64,000 nt of DNA. Origin: a virus. Taxonomy: Duplodnaviria > Caudoviricetes. The stretch covers positions 224,001 to 288,000 of the IMG/VR virus record IMGVR_UViG_3300017700_000931. The stretch is one strand, 5' to 3'. This document shows, piece by piece, positions 1-9,834 of this stretch. Position 1 is the stretch's first letter, and the number at the start of each line of letters is the position of its first letter. The notes beneath the pieces are model-generated. The model was not told the origin of the DNA. It searched no databases and was given only the letters and a program-made list of their open reading frames with translations. Both the position numbers and the translations under genes were made by a program.

Positions 1-319
1 CTTGAACTATTGGAATCATATTTCTAACCGCTTCCATAGGTTCGGCGGTTTCTGAATCAAATTGTTTCTTATAATTTTTAAGAACGTCACCAAATCTTTT
101 CGACATGATTTTTTCTTCAAAATGAGATTCATCACTCTCAGGAAAAATAGGGTGATTACCTAGACTATGATTTCTGTCTCTCAGTTGTTTAACTAAAATT
201 GAATTCATTTTTTCAGGATGACCATCTTCATAAACAATTCTACTTTCGTTGATTGGTTTATTAGTACTGGCCAATGCCTTTTCTAATGCTCTTTTTCTTA
301 TTTCGTCTAATCTACTCAT
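1..319 (-). CDS. Hypothetical protein, 5' part only (runs off window start)
   Basis: ATG at 319-317 overlaps the upstream TAA (TAATG); open frame MSRLDEIRKRALEKALAS...NHSLGNHPIFPESDESHFEEKIMSKRF continues to base 1; not in the ORF track. Confidence 0.8.
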   Translation of the reverse strand, partial: MSRLDEIRKRALEKALASTNKPINESRIVYEDGHPEKMNSILVKQLRDRNHSLGNHPIFPESDESHFEEKIMSKRFGDVLKNYKKQFDSETAEPMEAVRNMIPIVQ

Positions 320-1074
320 TATTTTTTTGTTTTTAGTATGTGTTCAACCAAATCAGATTTCTTCATCCTTGGGTTAACGTTTTCTGATACGGATTTTAAT
401 GATTGTAATATCATTGGTAATTTTGCTCTAGGAATTCCGATTCTCTCACCGAACGCTGCAATTATTTCAGCTTGCTCAATGGGTTTATCTATCTTAGCAA
501 ATAAAGCTTCAAACTGACCTAGATTTAATTTATCCATAAATTTTTGTACGTCGGATTTTAATTTAACTTGGTCAACAGGAATGGTTTCTAAATTTTCTTC
601 AGTAAGTCCATTATTTTTTTTCTTCAACGCTTTAACGTATTGTTTTTTAATATTTAACAATGTTGGTATACCGTCAAATTCCATATTTCTTTTTAGAATT
701 ACTTCAGTGTTAGGTTTCCCACCAGTATCATACACACTTCTAGAAGTTATTTTTAACACACCATTTTTATAAATAATTGGAGTGTAAACCATAGGCTCTT
801 CCCAAGTACCTGTAGTATCAATTACACCTATCGGGTCACCGTCAGTATCGATTGCATCAGTAATCATTTGATTAATTAGATTAACCAATTTCTCTACTTT
901 AGGTTCATTACGATTAGTACCAGCATTATCGGCCTCATCAACAATCTTCACAACAGTATCGTCTGGTAATTCATCAACACTATCTTGATATTGTTGCAAA
1001 TTCATAACAACTTTCTTTTGTTCAGCTTCAACAACCTTATGAAGTTCACCAGTGATTTTATTTTTTAAGTTCAT
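319..1074 (-). CDS. Hypothetical protein, probably virion/head-associated
   Basis: 251-aa ORF coupled to its neighbours; function inferred from operon context only. Confidence 0.75.
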   Translation of the reverse strand: MNLKNKITGELHKVVEAEQKKVVMNLQQYQDSVDELPDDTVVKIVDEADNAGTNRNEPKVEKLVNLINQMITDAIDTDGDPIGVIDTTGTWEEPMVYTPIIYKNGVLKITSRSVYDTGGKPNTEVILKRNMEFDGIPTLLNIKKQYVKALKKKNNGLTEENLETIPVDQVKLKSDVQKFMDKLNLGQFEALFAKIDKPIEQAEIIAAFGERIGIPRAKLPMILQSLKSVSENVNPRMKKSDLVEHILKTKK

Positions 1075-1477
1075 TTTTTTTGACTTTATATTCTAGTACG
1101 AAATCTTTCTCGTACAAAGAGTCTTCAACAGACTTTATTGTTTGTCCAAATTTAAACCTAAGTCTAGAATTTGGGTATTCTTCATAATCAGAAATATCTT
1201 CCCAAGCTAATGCTATGATATCATCAACAGCATCCCAAACAGCAAAGGTGTCGCTATTTTGTACTGTTTCAAGCTTTAATTTTGAAGTCAATACACCAAC
1301 AGCCTTAACCAAATCTTTTCTAGGTGGGCTAGGTTGTCCCGATGCCGGATACAAGTCCCAATCTTCACCATCAATATTTTCTTTAGTATCTGAAAAAATG
1401 AATTCATAAATGTTCTCATTCTCCCAATCACTACCTAAAACATTTACATAAATCAAAAACAATCCGTCTTTATTCAT
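1058..1477 (-). CDS. Conserved-looking hypothetical phage protein
   Basis: 139-aa ORF, start overlaps the stop of 1477..2565. Confidence 0.75.
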   Translation of the reverse strand: MNKDGLFLIYVNVLGSDWENENIYEFIFSDTKENIDGEDWDLYPASGQPSPPRKDLVKAVGVLTSKLKLETVQNSDTFAVWDAVDDIIALAWEDISDYEEYPNSRLRFKFGQTIKSVEDSLYEKDFVLEYKVKKNELKK

Positions 1478-2565
1478 TATTTTTTCTCTTCAATATAATC
1501 ATCAGCAACACCTGAAACATCCAAATTTGTTTCTGGATTACCATTAAATTCTACCTTCACAGTATAATTTTTCTCATCCGGTGCATCAACTGATTTATAA
1601 ATATAAAGCCATGGCTCATCGCTGTTAGTTGGCTTTTCAGTGTATTCACCTGAATTTTCAAACTTCATATCAATCTCATTGTCATCTAAACTAACTTTAA
1701 GAATTGCTATTTTGCTATCTAAAAATTTAACATCAATGATTTTACCACTAGCACCATTACCTTCAGATAATACATCAGATGCTTTAGGATTTGTTTTAGG
1801 TTGAATACTTGGCCTCCAAGGTTTTTGTCTTCTAGATGGTTTAACATCCGGTGTACTAGGTTTGATTGTTGGTTTAACAATCGGTTCTACTTCAGACATC
1901 TCATTTAACTTGCTCATAATTTTAGCTTTAGTCACAAAGTTACGCTTTTTTTCTGAATCTACCAACGATTTAGTCGGTGTTTTTCCCTCACCTAATTTAA
2001 AATTTTCTTCGGCAACATCTTCTCCACCTAAATCCGGTGCATCATTACCACCATCTCCATTGGTTGTATCAACATTAGCATCAGTATTATCTGAATTAGT
2101 ATCAACATCGACATTAACGTCTACATTATTTTTATCGTTACCAGCTGATTTAACCTTGTCAATGATATCCTTTTGGTCAGAATCATCCATTTGGCCTGTG
2201 TGAGTAGCTGAAAGAACTGAATTAACAGCAAATTTTTCTAAATCAAAATCAGGATTACCTTGTTGTCCACTATATGACCTCAATGATTGACCTAATTTAC
2301 CAGCTAATTGTTGTATGAATGTTTTTGGGTCTGATTCTTCATCAGCTTCAACACCAGCATCGAATGGTTCATCATCAAAAGGTTTATCATCAACTGGTGC
2401 ATCACCACCCATATCCTCTAAACTTCCTAAATCACCACCCATGTCTTCCAATCCATCCAATGAATTAGCATCAGGTGCTGGGGCTTGAGCCCCCAACTTT
2501 AATTTGAATTTTGTTTCATCGATATTATATCCATTTTCCTCATCAGAGAAAAGGCCAGTGGACAT
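1477..2565 (-). CDS. Acidic low-complexity protein; probably the C-terminal part of a -1 frameshift fusion with 2586..3419
   Basis: Frame stays open upstream of the ATG back to the A10 run (KKSLTETKLDG-MSTGLF). Confidence 0.75.
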   Translation of the reverse strand: MSTGLFSDEENGYNIDETKFKLKLGAQAPAPDANSLDGLEDMGGDLGSLEDMGGDAPVDDKPFDDEPFDAGVEADEESDPKTFIQQLAGKLGQSLRSYSGQQGNPDFDLEKFAVNSVLSATHTGQMDDSDQKDIIDKVKSAGNDKNNVDVNVDVDTNSDNTDANVDTTNGDGGNDAPDLGGEDVAEENFKLGEGKTPTKSLVDSEKKRNFVTKAKIMSKLNEMSEVEPIVKPTIKPSTPDVKPSRRQKPWRPSIQPKTNPKASDVLSEGNGASGKIIDVKFLDSKIAILKVSLDDNEIDMKFENSGEYTEKPTNSDEPWLYIYKSVDAPDEKNYTVKVEFNGNPETNLDVSGVADDYIEEKK

Positions 2566-2569
2566 ACCA

Positions 2570-2604
2570 TCTAACTTAGTTTCAGTTAGACTTTTTTTTT
2601 TAAA
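2570..2604 (-). other. Candidate -1 programmed ribosomal frameshift signal
   Basis: Minus strand T-TTA-AAA heptamer, 7-nt spacer, then 7-bp hairpin TCTAACT/AGTTAGA. Confidence 0.7.
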
Positions 2605-3419
2605 GCTTCAGAAAGAGCTTTAATTTCTTGTGGAGTTAGGCTATTAAGCATTTTATTCAATCTATCTTCGTTTTCACCGATAGAAATTGCTTTACCTATT
2701 TTAAGTCTTTTGTTCACAAGGTAATCATCTGATTCATCAGAGTCACCATCGTTATCAACATCAGAATCTTCTTTACCAACTGCATCCAATGATTCACCAG
2801 TAATCATTTTATCAATTGCTTCTTCATCTTCAGTCAATTCAACATCGTCTTCTTTTATAATTTCAGTATCATGGCCAGCACCTCTTGCTTTACCAGTATT
2901 TTTTGAGCTAGCTTTTGGTTTTTCTTTAAAATCACCTTCTAGATTATCTCCAGATGTATCTTTGTCAACCGGAGCGGCATCACCATTCATGTCCTCTATT
3001 TCACCAACAAATCCCCAAGAACCACCAGCAATGGCATTATCTTCTTTAAGTAATCTATCGTTCTCAAATACATTAACTCTTTCACCACCAAATGATTCAT
3101 TGATGCTTAAGAATTTAAGATTTAATTGCTTAATAGCTTTTGCGTATGTTGGGTAAGCTTCAGCTTTTTTATTTTGAAGTCCACCAATATATTTAAAATC
3201 TTCAGTAACAAGATTAGATTTTTTATCAGATATCTTGATATAATATTCATGATTTTCTCTAACGATTCCGTAGACAACACCATTAGGCCCAACTTTTGTC
3301 AACTCAACAACAGAATTATTTGTAGATTCATTAACGAATGTACCCATCAATTGTCTGATACGGTCCAATTCTTGATTTCCTTTTAGACCTGTTGGTTTAA
3401 TTGTATTAATTTTCTTCAT
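2586..3419 (-). CDS. Acidic hypothetical protein (head scaffold/core-like by inference), ends LKKKV-stop at the slippery site
   Basis: 277-aa ORF, ATATTTAT motif 18 nt upstream. Confidence 0.8.
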   Translation of the reverse strand: MKKINTIKPTGLKGNQELDRIRQLMGTFVNESTNNSVVELTKVGPNGVVYGIVRENHEYYIKISDKKSNLVTEDFKYIGGLQNKKAEAYPTYAKAIKQLNLKFLSINESFGGERVNVFENDRLLKEDNAIAGGSWGFVGEIEDMNGDAAPVDKDTSGDNLEGDFKEKPKASSKNTGKARGAGHDTEIIKEDDVELTEDEEAIDKMITGESLDAVGKEDSDVDNDGDSDESDDYLVNKRLKIGKAISIGENEDRLNKMLNSLTPQEIKALSEALKKKV

Positions 3420-3455
3420 CTTAATATGATTTTATAATAAATATCTTTTTATTGT

Positions 3456-3707
3456 TTAAAGTACCTGACTACCAAGATTTGTATTTTGGTACAGAGTATT
3501 CATAGGTGAACCTATAACGTATACGTTAGCTGTCGAGCTAATTGATTTAACTCTAATATCTAGTACAGTCCCAGCTGCCATCACAACACTCGTACCATTG
3601 ATGGTAGGTGTAGCATTTGCCCCAGCATAAACTTGAGTATAAGTAAATGCGCTCAAATTTGCAGATGATGATAGGTGAATTATTGAATTATCTTTTAGAA
3701 GTCCCAT
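3456..3707 (-). CDS. Small beta-rich hypothetical protein (possible virion decoration)
   Basis: 83 aa, S/T/A/G/V-rich, ATATTTAT motif upstream. Confidence 0.7.
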   Translation of the reverse strand: MGLLKDNSIIHLSSSANLSAFTYTQVYAGANATPTINGTSVVMAAGTVLDIRVKSISSTANVYVIGSPMNTLYQNTNLGSQVL

Positions 3708-3741
3708 ACTTACAATTATTTAATTATAAATATATCCATGG

Positions 3742-3773
3742 AATAAAAAAAGTCCCCGAAGGGACTTTTTATT
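3742..3773. terminator. Intrinsic terminator, bidirectional
   Basis: AAAAAAAGTCCC-CGAA-GGGACTTTTT. Confidence 0.85.
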
Positions 3774-3930
3774 GGCATTTAACGCAACCACTTATTGAGT
3801 TGAAAGATTCTAACGTAAGAAATCTGATTTTACGTTTATGTTTTCGCAACCTCTCTAACCTCTCGTATACTTCTTGATGTCTAATTTTTACTTGCAGCAC
3901 TGGTGTTTCCACCTCATTTATTGTATTCAT
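3769..3930 (-). CDS. Small hypothetical protein (53 aa)
   Basis: MNTINEVETPVLQVKIRHQ...SGCVKCQ read by hand; AGAGGA upstream; ends at the terminator. Confidence 0.55.
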   Translation of the reverse strand: MNTINEVETPVLQVKIRHQEVYERLERLRKHKRKIRFLTLESFNSISGCVKCQ

Positions 3931-3958
3931 TTTTCCTCTTTAATATTAAATAGATTAC

Positions 3959-5074
3959 TTAGTTAGAAAGTTTTGCAATTATAGCCGGATGTGGGTCATA
4001 ATTTGAAATCTTAACGTTCTCATAACAATAAGTAAAAAGATTATCTGCTTTTTCTAGATTTAATTTGGGTAATTCTCTAGGCTCCCTAGATAATAATTCA
4101 TTTACTTGGTCAATATGATTCTTGTAAATATGCACATCACCTAACGACCCAATCAATTCATCTGGTACCATATTAACTTCCTTCGCAATCATATGTAATA
4201 GAAGTGCATATGATGCAATGTTAAATGGTAACCCCAAGAATGTATCAACTGAACGTTGAATCCATTTTAATGAAATAGCCCTAGTTGGTATATTAAATGA
4301 ATCAAAATATTCATGAGATTCTTTACTTCGTTCTAGAACTTCCGGTTTAGTCAAGCGATTAAAATATTCATCTCTACGTTCCTCTAAATCCAACACCCTT
4401 GTATTTAGTTCAAAACCATAGTGACACGGCGGCAATACCATATCTTTAATTTCACCAACATTCCACGCATTAACAATAAGCCTTCTAGAATCAGGATTAT
4501 TTTTCAATTCATTAATTAAATTTGCAATTTGATTTATACCTTTGAAATGAACACCCATATTACCAGCTCTATCAGCATGGCCAGCGGAGAAATAACCACC
4601 CCAGTTTACCCACTGCTTACCATAGATAGGTCCTAAATCACCCCATTTTTTTGCAAATGATTCAGACCCATATTCATGACAATTTTTTATCATATCTATA
4701 AAGTCTGCTTCGGATAAAATAATATCCTTGTTTTCACCATTCAATTTTTTAACCATCTGAGTTGTACCAGAAGCATTCCCTTTTTCAAATTCACTTTTAT
4801 AATGTTTATAAGCATCACCATTCCAAATGTGAACTCCATTATCTACAAGATATTTTATGTTCGTATCACCATTCAAAAACCATAGAAGTTCATGAACAAT
4901 ACCCTTCATATACATTTTCTTTGTGGTTAACAATGGAAATCCGTCTGACATTTTAAATCTAACATCTCTGGAAAAAACAGAAATGGTACCAGTTCCAGTT
5001 CTATCACTTTTACTAGTACCATTTTCTAAAATGTCTTTCAATAGTTTTTGGTAAACTACATCTACTTTATCCAT
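3959..5074 (-). CDS. thyA: Thymidylate synthase
   Basis: DRTGTGT, FPLLTTK, ELLWF, LGPIYGKQW, MVLPPCH, QRSVDTFLGLPFNIASY, GDVHIYKNH motifs. Confidence 0.98.
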   Translation of the reverse strand: MDKVDVVYQKLLKDILENGTSKSDRTGTGTISVFSRDVRFKMSDGFPLLTTKKMYMKGIVHELLWFLNGDTNIKYLVDNGVHIWNGDAYKHYKSEFEKGNASGTTQMVKKLNGENKDIILSEADFIDMIKNCHEYGSESFAKKWGDLGPIYGKQWVNWGGYFSAGHADRAGNMGVHFKGINQIANLINELKNNPDSRRLIVNAWNVGEIKDMVLPPCHYGFELNTRVLDLEERRDEYFNRLTKPEVLERSKESHEYFDSFNIPTRAISLKWIQRSVDTFLGLPFNIASYALLLHMIAKEVNMVPDELIGSLGDVHIYKNHIDQVNELLSREPRELPKLNLEKADNLFTYCYENVKISNYDPHPAIIAKLSN

Positions 5075-5498
5075 TCTTTTCGTTGTTTAATTTGGAAATT
5101 AAATATTGAATTTTAGTTAACAATGCTGCATCCATAACAGATTTGCTAGCATAGGTACTAATTGTTTTATCCATAGCTTTAATCAAATCACCCTCAATCA
5201 TTTTGATTTCATTTTCTTGATGTTTTTCAACTTCCTCAATGATTTTGCTTGGGTCTATTGCTTCACCTTGAGTGAATGGATACTTCTTAATCACTTCATT
5301 CAATACTTTACCTTGTGATTCAGCAATTTCAAATCTAGTGTAATCCGTAACCGGAACACCAGTATAAGTATAGTTGGTACCCTTAGCGAAAGTTATTGTC
5401 AAGGCTCCATTGGCTTTATCGTATTTTGAAGCTAATACGTTAGAAGATTTGTAAATCGATTTTACAATTCCATCTTTTTCTACTCTTTTTAAAATCAT
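5067..5498 (-). CDS. KTSC-domain protein
   Basis: SSNVLASKYD...LTITF.KGTNYTYTGVP...AESQGK pattern typical of KTSC. Confidence 0.8.
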   Translation of the reverse strand: MILKRVEKDGIVKSIYKSSNVLASKYDKANGALTITFAKGTNYTYTGVPVTDYTRFEIAESQGKVLNEVIKKYPFTQGEAIDPSKIIEEVEKHQENEIKMIEGDLIKAMDKTISTYASKSVMDAALLTKIQYLISKLNNEKNG

Positions 5499-5507
5499 TA
5501 ATTAAAT

Positions 5508-5717
5508 TTATTTTGCTTTATATGTTATGTATTTTTTCATGTTGGATAATTCAAATACTTGACCCTCAGTTTTTTGTGACCCGCTGATGCTATCCAATTT
5601 ATCACTAATGACAATAATTTTGTCAGCGGTTAGAATCATTCCACAATCTTTAAAATCTGTCATGGTATCATCTCGCCAATATAATTCTATTGTTTCGTAT
5701 TTTGGGGCTCCTTGCAT
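5508..5717 (-). CDS. Hypothetical protein
   Basis: 69-aa ORF at the head of the thyA operon. Confidence 0.65.
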   Translation of the reverse strand: MQGAPKYETIELYWRDDTMTDFKDCGMILTADKIIVISDKLDSISGSQKTEGQVFELSNMKKYITYKAK

Positions 5718-5744
5718 TTGATTATTTTTATGCTTTTGTTATCT

Positions 5745-5812
5745 GATACAAAGATACTGGATTTTTTTATAAAATCAACCTTGTTTTTTAAAAAATAAAC
5801 CATATATTTGCA
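5745..5812. promoter_or_regulatory. Divergent Bacteroidota-type promoters
   Basis: TATCTTTG on minus (~5750) and TATATTTG on plus (5803-5810) between the thyA operon and clpC. Confidence 0.65.
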
Positions 5813-5830
5813 GTAAAGTTAGTTTGATTA

Positions 5831-8347
5831 ATGAAGAAGGATGTTCTACCGAAGGTAAAAATTGTTATGAAGAATGCCTTCGAAGAAGCGAAGGCTTTTA
5901 GTGATATTAAACTAAGACCGGAGCATATAATGATGTCAATGATTACTGATGATGACAACAAATGTGTTGATATCCTAAAAGAATTAAAGGTTGACTTAAG
6001 TGAATTATATGATAGATTGAGTAGATATTTGATTGAAAGTGATTTGATACCAAGAATTACTACTTCAGCAAATGTTGATTTACCACCAAGTGAACTAACA
6101 ACTAAAATTTTTAAAACAATTGATAACGAATGCGACGAATTAGGTGATGCCGCAATAGATTTAACACATATAATGTTAGCTATCTTAAATCAAGATTCAC
6201 CAACAACTAGTATCCTACTTGAAATGGGAGTAAACTATAAAAATTTCAAAAACCTTATTATGAATAAAAACGAAGAAACAAAAGGTTCATACGATGAATC
6301 AGATGAAATGAATGAAGGTTCTAAATCAATCAACAATAAGAAAAAAAACACGACAACGAAAACACCAGTTTTAGATAACTTCTGTAGGGACGTTAGTAAG
6401 GCTGCTGAAGATGGTTTAATTGACCCAGTAGTTGGTAGACATAATGAAATCAAACGTGTTTCAACAATCCTATCTAGAAGAAAGAAAAACAATCCAGTTT
6501 TAATTGGAGAACCCGGAGTTGGTAAAACTTCTATTGTAGAAGGATTAGCCCAACTTATCAAAGATAAAAAAGCACCAAGATGCCTTTTAGAAAAAAGAAT
6601 TTATTCATTGGACCTTGCTTCAATTGTTGCTGGTACAAAGTATCGTGGACAATTTGAAGAAAGAATGAAAGCGATTCTTGAAGAATTGAAAGAGAACCCA
6701 AATGTAGTATTGTTTATTGATGAGTTACATACCATCGTAGGTGCTGGTAATGCTAGTGGTTCGTTGGATGCATCCAATATCTTTAAACCAGCATTGGCTC
6801 GTGGTGAGATACAAGTAATTGGTGCTACAACACTTGATGAGTTCCGTGAAAACATCGAAAAAGATGGTGCATTAACTCGTAGATTCCAACAAGTTTTAAT
6901 TGAGGAACCGACTAACGAAGAAACTGTCACAATCCTTATGAATATTAAGGATAAATACGAAAATCACCACAAGGTTAAGTATACACGAGAAGCAATTGAA
7001 GAATGTGTTAAGATGGCTGATAGATATATCTCTGATAGAGCTATGCCAGACAAAGCAATCGATATTCTAGATGAAGCTGGAGCTATTACTAATGTTGACA
7101 TTGAAGTTCCAGATAATATTAAAAAATTAGAAATCAAAAAGGTTGAAATTGAAGCTAAAAAAGTTGCTGTTGTTGCAAAACAACAATATGAAGAAGCTGC
7201 TAAATTGAGAGATGACGAAAAGAAAGTTGAGGAAGATATTGAAAAAGCTAAAAAAGAATGGATTGAAAGTTTAGATAAAGAACGAACAATCATTACTGTT
7301 GAATTGGTTGCCGAAGTAGTTTCCAATATGACTGGTATTCCACTTAGTAAAGTTTCAACTGAAGACACTAAACAATTGGCTCAAATGGAAGCTAATCTTT
7401 CTGGAGCTGTAATCGGACAAGATGAGGCTGTTATTAAGGTTTCTAAAGCAATCAAAAGAAGTAGATTGGGGATTAGAAAAGGTGGTAAACCAATCGGTTC
7501 ATTTATTTTCTTAGGACCAACTGGTGTAGGTAAAACTTATCTGGCCAAATTACTCGCCGAATATGTTTTTGGTGATAAAGATGCGTTGGTTCGTATTGAT
7601 ATGAGTGAATACATGGAGAAATTCTCTACATCCAGATTAATCGGGGCACCTCCGGGGTATGTCGGATATGAAGAAGGTGGTAAATTGACTGAAGCAATTC
7701 GTCGTAAACCTTACTCAGTCGTATTGTTTGATGAAATTGAAAAAGCACATCCTGATGTCTTCAATCTATTATTACAATTACTAGATGAAGGACAACTTAC
7801 TGATTCACTTGGACGTAAAATCGATTTCAAAAATACTATGGTAATCATGACATCAAATATTGGTGTTAAAGAATTGAATAGTTTTGGAACTGCGGTTGGA
7901 TTTGCTACTGGTGATACTATCGTAAAAGAAGAAAAAAGAGCTCACGATATTATCGAAAAAGCACTAAAGAAAAAATTCCCACCAGAATTTCTTAATCGTT
8001 TGGATGATACAATCATCTTCAATTCATTGAAAGAAGAAGACATTCATAAAATCATTAAAATTGAAATTAAAGATGTCGAAAGTAGAATGGCCGAACTTGG
8101 TTATAAAATTAAGTTAGACAAAAAAGGGATGGAATATATTGCCAAACAAGGTTACGACCAAGAATTTGGTGCCAGACCATTAAGTCGTGCAATTCAAAGA
8201 TACATCGAAGATACAATTGCCGATGAAGTGATTAATGGGAATGTCCAACAAGGGGATACCATCAAAATTAGTTACAATAAAACTAAGGATGAAATGGTCA
8301 TCAGCACGGAAAAATCTTCCAAGGAAGAAACTACCGATGAAGAGTAA
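5831..8347 (+). CDS. clpC: ATP-dependent Clp protease ATPase subunit, ClpC type
   Basis: Clp N-domain, Walker A GEPGVGKT and GPTGVGKT, FIDELH, UVR-like KQQYEEAAKLRD, GAPPGYVGYEEGG, FGARPL. Confidence 0.95.
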   Translation: MKKDVLPKVKIVMKNAFEEAKAFSDIKLRPEHIMMSMITDDDNKCVDILKELKVDLSELYDRLSRYLIESDLIPRITTSANVDLPPSELTTKIFKTIDNECDELGDAAIDLTHIMLAILNQDSPTTSILLEMGVNYKNFKNLIMNKNEETKGSYDESDEMNEGSKSINNKKKNTTTKTPVLDNFCRDVSKAAEDGLIDPVVGRHNEIKRVSTILSRRKKNNPVLIGEPGVGKTSIVEGLAQLIKDKKAPRCLLEKRIYSLDLASIVAGTKYRGQFEERMKAILEELKENPNVVLFIDELHTIVGAGNASGSLDASNIFKPALARGEIQVIGATTLDEFRENIEKDGALTRRFQQVLIEEPTNEETVTILMNIKDKYENHHKVKYTREAIEECVKMADRYISDRAMPDKAIDILDEAGAITNVDIEVPDNIKKLEIKKVEIEAKKVAVVAKQQYEEAAKLRDDEKKVEEDIEKAKKEWIESLDKERTIITVELVAEVVSNMTGIPLSKVSTEDTKQLAQMEANLSGAVIGQDEAVIKVSKAIKRSRLGIRKGGKPIGSFIFLGPTGVGKTYLAKLLAEYVFGDKDALVRIDMSEYMEKFSTSRLIGAPPGYVGYEEGGKLTEAIRRKPYSVVLFDEIEKAHPDVFNLLLQLLDEGQLTDSLGRKIDFKNTMVIMTSNIGVKELNSFGTAVGFATGDTIVKEEKRAHDIIEKALKKKFPPEFLNRLDDTIIFNSLKEEDIHKIIKIEIKDVESRMAELGYKIKLDKKGMEYIAKQGYDQEFGARPLSRAIQRYIEDTIADEVINGNVQQGDTIKISYNKTKDEMVISTEKSSKEETTDEE

Positions 8348-8365
8348 TTCATAATATTTTTAAAT

Positions 8366-8393
8366 AAAACCCAGCCTTAAGCTGGGTTTTTTT
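8366..8393 (+). terminator. Intrinsic terminator
   Basis: AAAACCCAGC-CTTAA-GCTGGGTTTTTTT. Confidence 0.85.
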
Positions 8394-8405
8394 ATATTTA
8401 TAAGT

Positions 8406-9020
8406 ATGAAATCGGAAAAAATTAAGGGCGGATTAGCGGATAAAATGACAGCAAAGGACCTTGCAGAAAAACATGGTGTATCATTAAAACAGATAAATCG
8501 TGAGATTGAAATGGGTATAAAGGTTGAATTAGAGCACGTTGACGATAAAGTACTAGCTAAAGAAATTGCTATGGACCACTTATTTGAAATCCCAGATTAT
8601 TATACTAGATTGAAAAAGATGGAAACTGAAGCCAAAAAAGAATTGAAGATTAAAGAATCACTACAAAAAGAACTGATTAAAAAATTAATCAGAGAAAATA
8701 TTGAATTGATTATTGCCGATAAAACATCAACCACAAATCAATTCGACATTTACTATAAAAAAAGGTTAGCCGGAAAACTGACCCTTGGGACAGCACCTTC
8801 AGCATTAGGACCTGACACACTTGAAATCATTGATTTGTATTTGGATGATGAATATACAAATCTTAATGTGGCAAATCAAGCAATAAAATCTTTATGGGTG
8901 GCATTACCAGACACCAATAGATTCGTGGTAAACGTTCCAAAACCTAGCGAACAATTTTGGAACAAATTAGGATTCCAAAGACTTAATGATTATTATCATA
9001 TGATAATGAGAGGTCATTAA
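8406..9020 (+). CDS. DUF5661-like N-terminal domain plus a possible GNAT-like C-terminal domain
   Basis: GIKVELEH...AKEIAMDHL.E.PDYYTRL; C-terminal FWNKLGF. Confidence 0.7.
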   Translation: MKSEKIKGGLADKMTAKDLAEKHGVSLKQINREIEMGIKVELEHVDDKVLAKEIAMDHLFEIPDYYTRLKKMETEAKKELKIKESLQKELIKKLIRENIELIIADKTSTTNQFDIYYKKRLAGKLTLGTAPSALGPDTLEIIDLYLDDEYTNLNVANQAIKSLWVALPDTNRFVVNVPKPSEQFWNKLGFQRLNDYYHMIMRGH

Positions 9021-9790
9021 TAAGGTCCAACCTTAGTTAATTTAGATTCAATACCTCTGATATATGAGTGGTTATGTAAATTACCTCCATTATTTACATA
9101 GGCAAGCATAGAATTGGTTCCAGAATTATAACCAACCAACGCTCTTAAATGTCCGCCATCTTTATCAATTTTTATCCTCATAATGACTGCCCAGAGTATT
9201 ATATTATTTGTTTCATCGGTGAGCCACTTTGTGGTTTGACTAAGTTTATTCGTTTGTCCAATAGATTCATCATACGCAAAACTGAAATCACTAGCACCTA
9301 ATAAATGCATGGTTTCAACCATACTAGAATCAATTCTTTTTCTGAAATAACCAAGAGCGGTTGTAGGAATTATTTGACAGAATCCAATCGCACCATTAGG
9401 GCTTTTAACTAATTGCCCAGCCTTTGGGTGTCCTGTCTGATAGTATTGTTTTGCACCGGATTCAAGTATTACTTGTCCAACACTCCATTTAAACATTTGT
9501 TCCGTAGAATCTAATCTAAAATGATTAACGACTTCTAAAAATGTTACGACGGTACAGGAATCAATATCATTATTAAATCTTTTAAATGCATTAAAGGTAT
9601 AATTGAATTTCTTCACGTTTTCTTCAGTTGAAACAACCAAGTCGAAAAACACTCCGTTTATTTTTGCATCAGTTTGGGTGTTAGATTCTACCCCTAGATT
9701 TTTTATTTCATTAACTTCACTGGTTAATGAAATGATACCAATTAAATTAATTATCACTCCACCTATTAACATTATTCTCAAATTTTTCAT
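9017..9790 (-). CDS. Membrane-anchored lytic transglycosylase (SLT-like) / cell-wall hydrolase
   Basis: N-terminal TM segment; ILESG, GAIGFCQIIPTTA and YNSG motifs of the SLT/lysozyme-like fold. Confidence 0.75.
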   Translation of the reverse strand: MKNLRIMLIGGVIINLIGIISLTSEVNEIKNLGVESNTQTDAKINGVFFDLVVSTEENVKKFNYTFNAFKRFNNDIDSCTVVTFLEVVNHFRLDSTEQMFKWSVGQVILESGAKQYYQTGHPKAGQLVKSPNGAIGFCQIIPTTALGYFRKRIDSSMVETMHLLGASDFSFAYDESIGQTNKLSQTTKWLTDETNNIILWAVIMRIKIDKDGGHLRALVGYNSGTNSMLAYVNNGGNLHNHSYIRGIESKLTKVGPY

Positions 9791-9834
9791 AAATTCGTTT
9801 TAGTTCAATTACAAATATACCAATAATAAATCAT

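Noticed and set aside
1058-1081. A8 run at the overlap of 1058..1477 and 319..1074 as a third frameshift
   Set aside because: The -1 frame hits TGA immediately; fusion would need +1, and the downstream ORF has its own ATG at the run. Treated as an ordinary overlap.
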